Shown here one piece after another: positions 26,454 to 35,542 of a stretch of DNA of 64,000 nucleotides. The position numbers and the translations under genes are program-made. The notes below the pieces were generated by a model that searched no databases, was not told the DNA's origin, and worked only from the letters and a program-made list of their open reading frames with translations. How positions within the stretch are numbered: the first letter of the stretch is position 1; every line of letters starts with the position of its first letter. The stretch is from an uncultured Anaerolineaceae bacterium (GTDB lineage: Bacteria > Chloroflexota > Anaerolineae > Anaerolineales > E44-bin32): the NCBI GenBank assembly GCA_964528155.1, contig CAZGRL010000009.1, forward strand, positions 12,035-76,034. The letters are read 5' to 3'.

Positions 26454-28705
26454 GACGAGGTAGTTTGCTTCTGTTGGCCTTCATCCTGGCGGGGTGTGCC
26501 TTGCTGCCGGGGTCGCAATCGGGTACTCCATCCCCGACCCAACCACTACCCACGCCCGTCGTCAACACGGTCGCCGCGCCGGATCCCGAGATCGCCATGC
26601 GACAATACCTGGACGCGTGGGTTGGCGGGGACTATGACACGATGTACGACATGCTTACACCGCTGTCTCAAGACGCCATGACGCCGGACGACTTCAAACA
26701 GGCCTACCAGGAAGTCGTTCGCTCGGCGGCCATTGATGGTGTGAGCTACCAGATCGTATCCTCCTTGATGAGTCCGCAAGCTGCTCAGGTCCGATATCAG
26801 GTGACACTTGACAGCGCCGTTGTCGGCGAGATCACGCGTGAGACCGTGGCTGATCTGAAGCGGGTCGATGATCAATGGAAAATCGCCTGGTCGAGCGCCA
26901 CGATTCTTCCTGAGCTGACCGGGCAGAACGAACTCTACATGCAGTTGGCCACTCTGACTCGCGCCAACATCTACGATCGCAACGGCCTTGGTCTGGTCAC
27001 GCAGTCTCAAGCCGTAGCCATGTGGATCGTTCCCAATCAAATCGGCGATGAGGATGCCGAGACGGCCATGCTGTCGGTTTTGAGCCGGCTGCTCGACCGC
27101 AGGCCGGAAGAAATCCAGGCGGACTACGAGCCGTTCCGCGACACTGACTTTTTCATCCCGCTAGGCGAAGTCTCCCTGGACGACTTCCAACGTTTCGAGG
27201 GGACGTTGTCTGCCGTCGGCGGAGTGCAGTGGCGGATCTATGACACGCGTTTCTATGGATCAGGCGGATTGGCGCCGCAAAGTGTCGGTTACGTCGGGCA
27301 AATCCAGCAGCAGGATCTCGATACCTATCTCGCCCGCGGCTACCAGGTCGATGATTTCGTAGGACAGACGGGGCTTGAGCGCGCCTTCGAGGCCGACCTG
27401 CGCGGGACACCGGGCGGGACGTTGTATGTAGTCGATCCCGAGGGGAACATCATCGAGAAACTGGGCGAGCGCGATCCCACTCCACCGCAGGCGGTCTACA
27501 CAACCCTCGATCGAGATCTGCAGCGCCAGGCCCAGCAGGCTATCGCCGGTTTCAACGGCGCTATCGTCGTGCTCGAAAGGGACACTGGCGCGGTTCGGGC
27601 CATTGTGTCGTCGCCGGGTTTCGATCCGAACCTGTTCGACACGGCCAATCCCAACTGGCAGTACGGCCTGAACGACGTGCTCAACGACCCGAACCAGCCG
27701 TTGCTCAACCGGGCGACAAGCGGGACGTATCCTTTGGGGTCGGTCTTCAAGCTCATCACGATGTCGGCGGCGCTCGAGTCGGGTGTCTATACCCCTGATT
27801 CGACGTACGTCTGCAACGGTTTCTTCACGGAATTGCCAGGGCTGACCTTGCAGGACTGGACCGTCGATCATGAGCTCCCCGCCCACGGCGAGCTCAACCT
27901 GATGGAGGGGCTCGAGCGATCGTGCAACCCGTTCTTCTGGCACATCGGGCTTGATCTGTTCAATCAAGGGTTCACGACCGCCCTTCCGGATATGGCGAAG
28001 AAGTTCGGCCTCGGCCAGAACACCGGGATCGAAATCGGAGACAACGCCGGTTTGGTGCCGGATCCGGAGACCAAGCTCTCCCGTACAGGTGAGGATTGGG
28101 CCGGCAGGGATGCCGTTCAACTGGCGATCGGTCAGAGTTTCCTCCAGGTGACGCCGCTCCAGGTGGCTCGCTTCGTGGCGGCTATCGGAAACGGGGGCAC
28201 CCTGTACCGGCCGCAAATGGTCGATCGCATTCAATCGGCAGAGGGCGAGGTCAGCCACACCTTCAGCCCTATCGTTGACGGAACCCTTCCGCTGAAACCG
28301 GAGAATCTGAAGTCGCTGCAGGACGCGATGTTCCTGGTGACAAGTGCCCCGAATGGCACGGCCAGTCGAACATTGCGATACCCAACGACGTTTCCGATCC
28401 GTGTGCACGGGAAGACGGGAACGGCGGAGAGCGGTCAGGAGAATCCACATGCGTGGTTCGTCGGCTACACGGATGAAAACCGTGCCGACAAACCTGATCT
28501 GGCGATTGCGGTGCTTGTCGAATACCAGGGTGAGGGTTCCGAGTGGGCAGCGCCGATCTTTCGGCGCGTCGTGGAGGATTACTTCTACGGACAGCCGTAC
28601 CGCCGATATCCGTGGGAGTCGGGGATCGGTGTGCCGGCTACGCCCACACCCACGCCCGGACCGGAGGATCAAGCTCCCCCGGAGGAAGCGACGCCTGCGC
28701 CCTAG
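26450..28705 (+). CDS. mrdA: Penicillin-binding protein 2 (class B transpeptidase), lipoprotein, with NTF2-like N-terminal domain
   Basis: The GTG at 26450 overlaps the maf stop codon (GTGA). Lipobox LAGCA. SxxK (SVFK), SxN (SCN) and KTG (HGKTGTAE) motifs are all present. Confidence 0.8.
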   Translation: MRRGSLLLLAFILAGCALLPGSQSGTPSPTQPLPTPVVNTVAAPDPEIAMRQYLDAWVGGDYDTMYDMLTPLSQDAMTPDDFKQAYQEVVRSAAIDGVSYQIVSSLMSPQAAQVRYQVTLDSAVVGEITRETVADLKRVDDQWKIAWSSATILPELTGQNELYMQLATLTRANIYDRNGLGLVTQSQAVAMWIVPNQIGDEDAETAMLSVLSRLLDRRPEEIQADYEPFRDTDFFIPLGEVSLDDFQRFEGTLSAVGGVQWRIYDTRFYGSGGLAPQSVGYVGQIQQQDLDTYLARGYQVDDFVGQTGLERAFEADLRGTPGGTLYVVDPEGNIIEKLGERDPTPPQAVYTTLDRDLQRQAQQAIAGFNGAIVVLERDTGAVRAIVSSPGFDPNLFDTANPNWQYGLNDVLNDPNQPLLNRATSGTYPLGSVFKLITMSAALESGVYTPDSTYVCNGFFTELPGLTLQDWTVDHELPAHGELNLMEGLERSCNPFFWHIGLDLFNQGFTTALPDMAKKFGLGQNTGIEIGDNAGLVPDPETKLSRTGEDWAGRDAVQLAIGQSFLQVTPLQVARFVAAIGNGGTLYRPQMVDRIQSAEGEVSHTFSPIVDGTLPLKPENLKSLQDAMFLVTSAPNGTASRTLRYPTTFPIRVHGKTGTAESGQENPHAWFVGYTDENRADKPDLAIAVLVEYQGEGSEWAAPIFRRVVEDYFYGQPYRRYPWESGIGVPATPTPTPGPEDQAPPEEATPAP

Positions 28706-28726
28706 TATCACTCCGGAGCATTCGGC

Positions 28727-29707
28727 TTGGGAGAAACTACGCGAGACCCTTCGGATCTTTCTCGTTCTTCGACCGCCGACCAGACTGCCATCCCGGGTCT
28801 GATCATACGAGCCCAGTCCGGCTTTTTCGAAGTCGAGACATCGCGCGGTCCGGTCACTGCAACGCTGCGCGGGCGCATCAAAGAAAAGCGTCAGGAGACC
28901 GACCTGGCGGCCATCGGTGACAGAGTCCAGGTCCGCATTCTTGAGGATGGGAGCGGCCTGATCGACTCAGTGGAAGAGAGAAAGCGTGTCCTGTCTCGGC
29001 GAGCGCCCGGACGACAGATCGAACAAGTCATCGTGGCCAACCCGGATCAGGCGCTGTTCGTCTTTGCCGCTGCCGAACCGAATCCCAACTTCCGAATGCT
29101 CGACCGATTCCTGGTCGTGGCAGAACGCGAAGATATACCGGCGATGATCTGCGTCAATAAGATGGATCTTGTGGAGACCAGGTCGGCCAAGGCCGAGTTC
29201 GGAGAGTATCAGGCGCTCGGATATCCCGTGTACTACACCTCCGCCAAGACCGGAAAGGGAATCCGGAAACTGCGCAAGCAGCTCATCGGCCGGCTGACCG
29301 TATTGGCGGGGCCGTCAGGGGCGGGGAAATCGAGCATTCTGAACGCCCTCAATCCGGCCCTGCGACTCCCCACCGGAGAGGTTCAGGAGGCATCGGGCAA
29401 AGGCACGCACACCACGGTCTACTCTCAACTCATACCCGTCCGGGGCGGGGGCTACGTGGCCGACACACCGGGGCTCAAGGCGCTGGCGATGTGGGACATC
29501 GAGCCGAGTGAACTGGACGCCTATTTCCCTGAGATGAGAGGGCTGGTGGCGGAGTGCGATTTTAGCGACTGCACGCACATTCACGAGCCTGGCTGCGCCG
29601 TCCTGGAGGCCGTGAACGGCGGGCGGATCAGCCCTGAGCGCTATAATTCATACCGGCGTATCCGCCTGGGAGAACTCGACGGAGGCCCCACGGATGAGTC
29701 CAGGTAG
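28727..29707 (+). CDS. rsgA: Ribosome small-subunit-dependent GTPase A
   Basis: OB-fold N-terminus, circularly permuted GTPase motifs (NKMDL before GPSGAGKSS), and a zinc knuckle (CDFSDCTHIHEPGCAV). TTG start with GGAG 9 nt upstream. Confidence 0.85.
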   Translation: MGETTRDPSDLSRSSTADQTAIPGLIIRAQSGFFEVETSRGPVTATLRGRIKEKRQETDLAAIGDRVQVRILEDGSGLIDSVEERKRVLSRRAPGRQIEQVIVANPDQALFVFAAAEPNPNFRMLDRFLVVAEREDIPAMICVNKMDLVETRSAKAEFGEYQALGYPVYYTSAKTGKGIRKLRKQLIGRLTVLAGPSGAGKSSILNALNPALRLPTGEVQEASGKGTHTTVYSQLIPVRGGGYVADTPGLKALAMWDIEPSELDAYFPEMRGLVAECDFSDCTHIHEPGCAVLEAVNGGRISPERYNSYRRIRLGELDGGPTDESR

Positions 29708-29800
29708 TACTCTGGTCCGGGTTGCGTTCGTTGACATAAATATCTAAGCTTGGGGCGATTCGGCTTGTCCGAAACGCTTGAACGTACTTACAGGGTGGAA

Positions 29801-30763
29801 ATGCGCCGTTTTGCCAGCATTCTGATCGCCGGCTTGGCCCTGGCGAGCCTGGCGTCGACGGCCTGGGCCCAGGGGCCGGCGCCTGGGCGCTACTTCCCCG
29901 AGACCGGTCACAGCCTGGATGCCCGCTTCGTGGATTACTACGACCTGCACGGTGGTCTGGCCATCCTCGGCTATCCGATCACCGATGCCTTCATCGACCC
30001 CAGCAGCGGCTGGGTGATCCAATACTTCCAGAACGCGCGCATCGAACTGGTCCCGGACCCCGGCACCAATACCCTGGAGCCGAAGCTCAGCCCGCTGGGT
30101 GAGTGGATGGGAGGCTGGGATCCGGTTCTCGTTGACGGACAGAGCCCGCTTGGTGCGGGTGCGGGTTGTCGCTTCTACCCCGAATCGGGCCATAAAGTCT
30201 GTCATGCCTTCCTCGATTTCTATGACGCTCACGGCGGGCCGTCGACTTTTGGGTTTCCCATCTCGGAGTTCAAGTTGGAGAACGAGCGGATCGTCCAGTA
30301 CTTCCAGGGTTTCAGACTGGACTGGTACCCGGACTCGCGTGATGGCGCCCCGGTGAAGATCGCCGCGCTCGGTCGACTGCATTTTGGTGCCATGGGGTAC
30401 GACAGCGTCCTCCTGCGTCCTAATCTGCCCAGCAACATGCTTCTGTATCGGGTGGTCGAACTGCACCCGCAGGCCTCGGTCGATCGGGCGCTGGTCGGAG
30501 CGACCGACACCCAACGCGTGTTCGTCGTCGTGCGTGATCAAAACGCCAACCCCGTCAGTGGGGCGGCGGTGACCCTGATTGCACACTTCTCGGACGGTGA
30601 GCAGACCATCGTCATGCCGCAAACAGACGAGCGCGGCGTCAGTCAGGTTGAGTTGAGCTTCCAGGACGAAAAGAGGGGGACGAACGTCGACCTCGAGCTG
30701 TGGGCTGTCTGGCGGGGGGAGTTGCAGGCGGTTACGCGGGATTCGTTTCGGATTTGGTGGTAG
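29801..30763 (+). CDS. Secreted protein with a duplicated about 95-aa module and a C-terminal Ig-like domain
   Basis: Signal peptide MRRFASILIAGLALASLASTAWA. Internal duplication: RYFPETGHSLDARFVDYYDLHGGLAILGYPITDAF...VIQYFQNARIE matches RFYPESGHKVCHAFLDFYDAHGGPSTFGFPISEF...IVQYFQGFRLD. Confidence 0.65.
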   Translation: MRRFASILIAGLALASLASTAWAQGPAPGRYFPETGHSLDARFVDYYDLHGGLAILGYPITDAFIDPSSGWVIQYFQNARIELVPDPGTNTLEPKLSPLGEWMGGWDPVLVDGQSPLGAGAGCRFYPESGHKVCHAFLDFYDAHGGPSTFGFPISEFKLENERIVQYFQGFRLDWYPDSRDGAPVKIAALGRLHFGAMGYDSVLLRPNLPSNMLLYRVVELHPQASVDRALVGATDTQRVFVVVRDQNANPVSGAAVTLIAHFSDGEQTIVMPQTDERGVSQVELSFQDEKRGTNVDLELWAVWRGELQAVTRDSFRIWW

Positions 30764-30792
30764 CACCCCGGGTATTGTTCTAGCGTTGAAGG

Positions 30793-30856
30793 ACGTGAAA
30801 TGTAAAACGTGAAACGTGAAAGGCGCTCTTCACGTTTCACGCATCACGTTTCACGT
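30793..30856. terminator. Long hairpin built from CGTGAAA heptamer repeats between convergent genes
   Basis: A perfect inner 13-bp stem, CGTGAAACGTGAA (30808-30820) with TTCACGTTTCACG (30829-30841). An outer stem of about 11 bp pairs 30793-30803 with 30846-30856. Confidence 0.55.
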
Positions 30857-30870
30857 TTGCGTGGTAGTGT

Positions 30871-32016
30871 CTACAGCGGTCTTAAGACCCGATCTTCCCT
30901 CAAGCGCTTGAACCACAGAGACGCGCCGCGCGGCATGGACTCGATCGCTGCTTCCTGCCAGGCGCGCACGCCCAGGCCCTGGATCGTTTGCGGCCGGTAG
31001 CCCACGGCCCGCCAGGCACCCGCATGCTGTGCAAGATACGGTGGCAGGAACAGGAGCGAGGCCTCGCTCTGCAGTTCCATCGAGGCGTTCTCCACAGCTT
31101 CCATCAAAGCCGGGATGGATTGCTCGACCGGCAGACCGGCCTCAAAATGCAACTCGTCGATTCGGGTAACGAGATTCTCAACTTGCAGACCGGCGACACC
31201 GGCCATGTTCCCGTCGCGCTCGATGATCAAATAGGCCTTCTCGCCAAATGCGGCCATCACGTCCTGCCGAGTCATCCGGCGTTTGCCGTGAGTCACGCGC
31301 GTGATGAACCGAGCGATATCATCGGCATCCTGAGGCCTGCCGCGCCGGACGACTAACTGACCCGGTCGGCGAACGGGCGGCGCAGTCAGGAGGGGCTCCT
31401 CCGGCTTGGGCAACTTGCCCCAGGCCGACTGGACTTGCTCCCAGGTGTTCTCAAATGAGCCGTCGTTGCGAATGACGACCTTGGCGGAGCGCAGTTTGAC
31501 GGCCTGAGAGCCTTGCGCCGAGATCCGTTGGCGTGCGGCTGCCTCAGACATGTGCCGCTTATGCATCAAACGCTGGATCTGCATCTCCTGGAGCGTGTCG
31601 ACGACCCAGACGGTATCGCACCCGGCGGCCATGTCGGTTTCGAGCAGCTTGATGGCCTCGATCACGACCACGCTGTGCTTGGCGCGTCGGATGAGCAGAT
31701 CGATGGCGTGGGTGACCAGGGGGTGGATAATCGTCTCGAGGCGTTCGAGCGCCGACGGGTCGGAAAAAGCCAGGCGCGCCAGGCGGCTCCGGTCGATCTG
31801 GCCCTCGTCATCTAGGATCCACTCACCGAAACTCTTGACAACGACCTGATAACCTGGGGCGCCCTTGGCCATGGCGCGATGGGCCAGCGCGTCGGCGTCG
31901 ATGCCGTAGGCCCCCAGATGCTCGAGCATCTTGCGGACCACGCTCTTGCCGGTGGCGATGTTACCCGTCACGCCGATGACGTACTTCCCCGGCCAACGGC
32001 TCAAACTGCCCTCCAC
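30871..32016 (-). CDS. coaE: Dephospho-CoA kinase fused to a C-terminal GNAT-like domain
   Basis: P-loop VIGVTGNIATGKS plus the CoaE core (about 200 aa). An additional about 170 aa has an acetyltransferase-like pattern. Confidence 0.8.
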   Translation of the reverse strand: MEGSLSRWPGKYVIGVTGNIATGKSVVRKMLEHLGAYGIDADALAHRAMAKGAPGYQVVVKSFGEWILDDEGQIDRSRLARLAFSDPSALERLETIIHPLVTHAIDLLIRRAKHSVVVIEAIKLLETDMAAGCDTVWVVDTLQEMQIQRLMHKRHMSEAAARQRISAQGSQAVKLRSAKVVIRNDGSFENTWEQVQSAWGKLPKPEEPLLTAPPVRRPGQLVVRRGRPQDADDIARFITRVTHGKRRMTRQDVMAAFGEKAYLIIERDGNMAGVAGLQVENLVTRIDELHFEAGLPVEQSIPALMEAVENASMELQSEASLLFLPPYLAQHAGAWRAVGYRPQTIQGLGVRAWQEAAIESMPRGASLWFKRLREDRVLRPL

Positions 32017-32219
32017 CTCGACGATTCAGGTCCGATTCTAAGCTCCGGTCTGGGTCCTGTCAAAGACGGGATAGTACCGGTCCGAATCCACCGCTCCGAA
32101 CAGGGCGACTTGGGAGCTCGCCGCTTGAGGCCGGTCTCGGGTGAATCGTCGCTCCTGCGATGAGCCACCGGGGGTCGCCTGGTCCCGCCTGACTGGCCGA
32201 CCCTTGGAGGCAGAAGGGA

Positions 32220-34349
32220 TCAGCGAACCGGCTGGGCGTAGTAAACCTGGGACCCCACGCCAATATAGAGGTCCTTAGGCGGGCCGATGGTCAAGGCGCT
32301 GATCTGCGAGTCGAATGGACTGCTGGGCTTGTACTGGCCCTGGTATACCAATCGCATGCTGTAATGGAAAATGGTGTTGTCCTCCCCGACAAGGAAGAAG
32401 AGCGAGGGCTCAGGCGGTGGTGAGTAGACCATCAAGAGGGGAGGCGCGCCGGGAAGCGTGGCGCTCGGCTCATAGCCGGGTCGGTCGTCGGTGAAGCGCT
32501 GATCGGCATCGCATTCCACGGAAATCTTGCTTCCCCCCGCCAGTGTATTCTCAACCGACCTTCGGCAGCGGTCGAGTCGGCCGTCCTGGTAGAGGATGAG
32601 CATCTCATCCTGGGTCACAGCCAGGTCGATGGCATCCTTGAGGCGTGGAACGGCCTCGGCGAAATAAAAGGACGGCTCGCCGCTGAATAGCCCGTCGGAG
32701 GCGTCGTAAACCCAGATGGCATTGCCAACCGGATCGAGCACGTAAAGTCGATCGTTCAACTCATCCACAGCCTGGATCCGACCCCAGCCGATGTCCGGGG
32801 TGGCCAGGGTGCCGAACGCCGCATGGCTGCCGGGGGCGCAGTAGAGCAAGCGTCCGGCCTCATCCACAGCGACGACGCCTTCGCTTCCCAACGCCCCGGG
32901 TGGAGGCTGGACGACGATATCGACGATCTTGCCCAGGGCGGGGCCCGAGCCGCTCCCGAGACACTCGAACTCTTGATCGATCTCGTAGCCCCGGCCGGTC
33001 GCCCAGGCATGCCAGATCACCTGTTCGGCGTCGTCATAGGCGTAGATGTCGGTCGCGCTAGCGGCGACCCTGGCGATGTGCGCCTGCGCGCCGAATCCGC
33101 CGCTGACAGCCGGCTGGAAATCGAGGCGGATGATCAGGTTCACCCGATCCAGCGCCTCATTCACCTGCTGGCGCAGCGAATCCGCTTCCGCGCTCGATCC
33201 GTATTTGGCAGCCTGGTCGAGCCAGTACAAGGCGCGTTCCCAATCGGGTCTTGAATCCTCTCCCGAGGGTTTGAACTGCGCCGCCACGACGGCAGCCTGC
33301 GCCTGAGTCAGGTTGGAGCGCAACTGCTCGGTGCGTCCCCGGCGCAGGTACACAACGCTGGCGAGGGCGACGATCACCAGCGGAACGGCAATGGCCGTAC
33401 CGATCAATACGCCGGGCGTGAAACTCCCGACCTTGGAAGGTTCGGCCAAACCAGGAGCGAGACGGGTGACCAGGCGCATGAGCGCCTCACCGACGGCGGT
33501 CAGCGGCGGCTCAATCAGGCCCCATATAGCTCCGATGCCGCTTCCGACTGCGGACGAAAGCCTGCCGGCCGCTTGCGCCGCCCCGGCCGACGATCGTCGC
33601 CCCGGTCTCGAGACCTCCAGCGCCGCATCCGACTCGGCCTGCATCGGCCTGGCCGGCATCCTCGGCAGAGGCGCAGCTTCGCCCCGCGGCACCATGCGCA
33701 TCATCACACCAGTGACGTCATGAGGCGTTGCCGGAACGAGCGAGTCAAGCGCGCGCGCCGGATCCATCCCGGCGACTGCCGCCAGCGTCGGGTCGGACCA
33801 AAGCGGTGGGGGAGAAGCAGTGAGGAGGATCAAATCGCCTGGTGTGACCTGGATGTGGTGGTAGCGGACGAAGGGGGCGACTGTCCCACCCAGCGGACGA
33901 CGGACGGCCTCCTCGGAGCCCAGCCGGCCGACCTGACCCGGCCGGATGATGAATGCCTGTCCGGTGCCGCATTGAGCGACGTATAGGTCGTTCATTCGAA
34001 GCACACCGATCCCCAGGTTTCCCTCCACCTGTTCACCGGAATCGAGGCTTTGGTTTCCGCTGACGAGACGGTCGTTGACCGCGACGGCCGCCTCGCGCAG
34101 CGCGGCCGTGACCGAGCCGGGTGTGCCGTAGAAGGCCTCCACTGCCAGCCGGGCTAGCTGATCCGCGTGTCCGGGGGATATCGTGCTGGTGGACCTGAGG
34201 TCGAGGGTGATGAAGATCAGATCGTCACCCCGACCTCGCGCGGCCCGTCTGGGAGCGGTCTGGGCGAGGTTTCCAGGTGGGGGAGTCGAACGCGCTGCAC
34301 CGGCGGCGATGTGCAGAAGGAGAACATCCGCCTCAAAATGCTGTGGCAT
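32220..34349 (-). CDS. Membrane protein: degenerate PP2C-like cytoplasmic domain, one TM segment, and a large extracytoplasmic (propeller-like) domain
   Basis: The PP2C-like fold pattern is kept but the catalytic residues are replaced: LIFITLDLRST for xxDGMGGH, AQCGTGQAF for VGDSRxY, and LILLTAS for LLxSDG. TM segment at VLIGTAIAVPLVIVALASVVYL. The ATG at 34349 sits 7 nt after a TACAAT. Confidence 0.6.
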   Translation of the reverse strand: MPQHFEADVLLLHIAAGAARSTPPPGNLAQTAPRRAARGRGDDLIFITLDLRSTSTISPGHADQLARLAVEAFYGTPGSVTAALREAAVAVNDRLVSGNQSLDSGEQVEGNLGIGVLRMNDLYVAQCGTGQAFIIRPGQVGRLGSEEAVRRPLGGTVAPFVRYHHIQVTPGDLILLTASPPPLWSDPTLAAVAGMDPARALDSLVPATPHDVTGVMMRMVPRGEAAPLPRMPARPMQAESDAALEVSRPGRRSSAGAAQAAGRLSSAVGSGIGAIWGLIEPPLTAVGEALMRLVTRLAPGLAEPSKVGSFTPGVLIGTAIAVPLVIVALASVVYLRRGRTEQLRSNLTQAQAAVVAAQFKPSGEDSRPDWERALYWLDQAAKYGSSAEADSLRQQVNEALDRVNLIIRLDFQPAVSGGFGAQAHIARVAASATDIYAYDDAEQVIWHAWATGRGYEIDQEFECLGSGSGPALGKIVDIVVQPPPGALGSEGVVAVDEAGRLLYCAPGSHAAFGTLATPDIGWGRIQAVDELNDRLYVLDPVGNAIWVYDASDGLFSGEPSFYFAEAVPRLKDAIDLAVTQDEMLILYQDGRLDRCRRSVENTLAGGSKISVECDADQRFTDDRPGYEPSATLPGAPPLLMVYSPPPEPSLFFLVGEDNTIFHYSMRLVYQGQYKPSSPFDSQISALTIGPPKDLYIGVGSQVYYAQPVR

Positions 34350-34485
34350 GGCGGCAATTGTACAAGAATGGTCAGGGCGTCGCAATGCACGTGAAGAGGC
34401 TTTAGAACTTAAGATCGCGCAAGCCGGGCTTGTATCCGGCCGCTGGTACAATCTGCACCGGTCCTAAACGTGGAGTGTTGATCGC

Positions 34486-35511
34486 GTGAAATTCGTTTTC
34501 ATCCGTGACGAAGATTCGATGATGGCGCTGGCCGAGGAGTGGAACTCGTTGCTTTCCCAGGCAGTGACCGATGTTCCATTCTTGCGTCACGAGTTCCTCA
34601 AGACATGGTGGTCGACCCTGGGTGGCGGAGAGTGGCGCGATGCAGAACTGCATATCGGCGTCGCCCGCGATGACGAAGGTCGTCTGGTCGGCCTGGCGCC
34701 TTTCTTTCGGACCCATACCCTCGATGATCGAACCGGACTTCTCCTTCTTGGCAGCATCGAGATCTCCGATTACCTCGATCTGATCGTCTCCGAGGCTCTG
34801 GTCGCTCCATTCACTGAGCAACTCCTGGGAGAGCTTGCGCGGCTTCCGAAGCAAGAGTGGGATGTCATCGATCTGTACAATGTCCCCGAAGCATCGGCCA
34901 CGCTGGTTGCGCTCAGATCGGCCGCGGAGAGTCTGGGCTGGAGCGTTACCCAAACACGATTCCGGCCGTGCCCGGTTCTCGAATTGCCGAGCGACTGGGA
35001 AGCCTATCTTGCCGGGCTTGACAAGAAGCAGCGCCATGAGCTCAGGCGCAAGATGCGACGGGCGGCCGAACTTCCACAGGCTGTCCAATGGCGGATCGTC
35101 GGGCCCGCCGACGATATCGAGCAAGCCGTGGATGACTTCCTTCGGCTCATGGCGCTCGACGAGCGCAAAGCCGCCTTTCTCACCCCGATCATGGAGACTC
35201 AGATCAAGCGAAGCGTGTTGGCGGCTCATTCGAGTGGATGGCTGCAGTTGGCCGTGCTCGACATCGGCGGTCAGTTAGCGGCGGGCTATCTGAACTTCGA
35301 CTACAGGGGGAGGCTCTGGGTCTACAATTCTTTCGTCGACCCGGAACACTTCGGTTCGTCACCCGGTTGGGTTCTTCTGGGTCACATCATCCGCTGGGCG
35401 ATCGAGGACGGTCGACAAGAGGTGGACTTCCTTCGGGGCGGCGAACAGTACAAGTATCAACTGGGGGGACGCGATCGGTTCGTCTGTCGGATGACGATCG
35501 ATCGGGGGTGA
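34486..35511 (+). CDS. GNAT-fold acyltransferase of the CelD/BioF2-like (FemAB-related) type
   Basis: Size and pattern fit this family (FLRHEFLKTWW...LAPFF...; C-terminal GYLNFDYRGRLWVYNS...PG..LL...I..A...G....DFLRG.E.YK). GTG start with GGAG 9 nt upstream and an extended -10 (TGGTACAAT, 34444-34452). Confidence 0.65.
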   Translation: MKFVFIRDEDSMMALAEEWNSLLSQAVTDVPFLRHEFLKTWWSTLGGGEWRDAELHIGVARDDEGRLVGLAPFFRTHTLDDRTGLLLLGSIEISDYLDLIVSEALVAPFTEQLLGELARLPKQEWDVIDLYNVPEASATLVALRSAAESLGWSVTQTRFRPCPVLELPSDWEAYLAGLDKKQRHELRRKMRRAAELPQAVQWRIVGPADDIEQAVDDFLRLMALDERKAAFLTPIMETQIKRSVLAAHSSGWLQLAVLDIGGQLAAGYLNFDYRGRLWVYNSFVDPEHFGSSPGWVLLGHIIRWAIEDGRQEVDFLRGGEQYKYQLGGRDRFVCRMTIDRG

Positions 35512-35542
35512 GACCGGCGCGAAACCGCCGCCGGCGGAAACA

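Noticed and set aside
27260-28711. A 483-aa minus-strand ORF antisense to PBP2.
   Set aside because: The plus strand carries the SxxK, SxN and KTG motifs. The antisense product is low-complexity and Arg-rich.
29744-30766. A 340-aa minus-strand ORF spanning exactly the same interval as the plus-strand secreted-protein gene.
   Set aside because: Its translation is Arg/Pro/Gly-rich with no signal sequence, domain or motif. The plus-strand frame has a signal peptide, an internal duplication and sensible composition. Long antisense ORFs are expected in high-GC DNA.
30793-30856. A CRISPR-like or other spaced repeat array of CGTGAAA units.
   Set aside because: The repeats are 7 nt long, contiguous and arranged as an inverted pair with no spacers. 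This is a hairpin, not an array.
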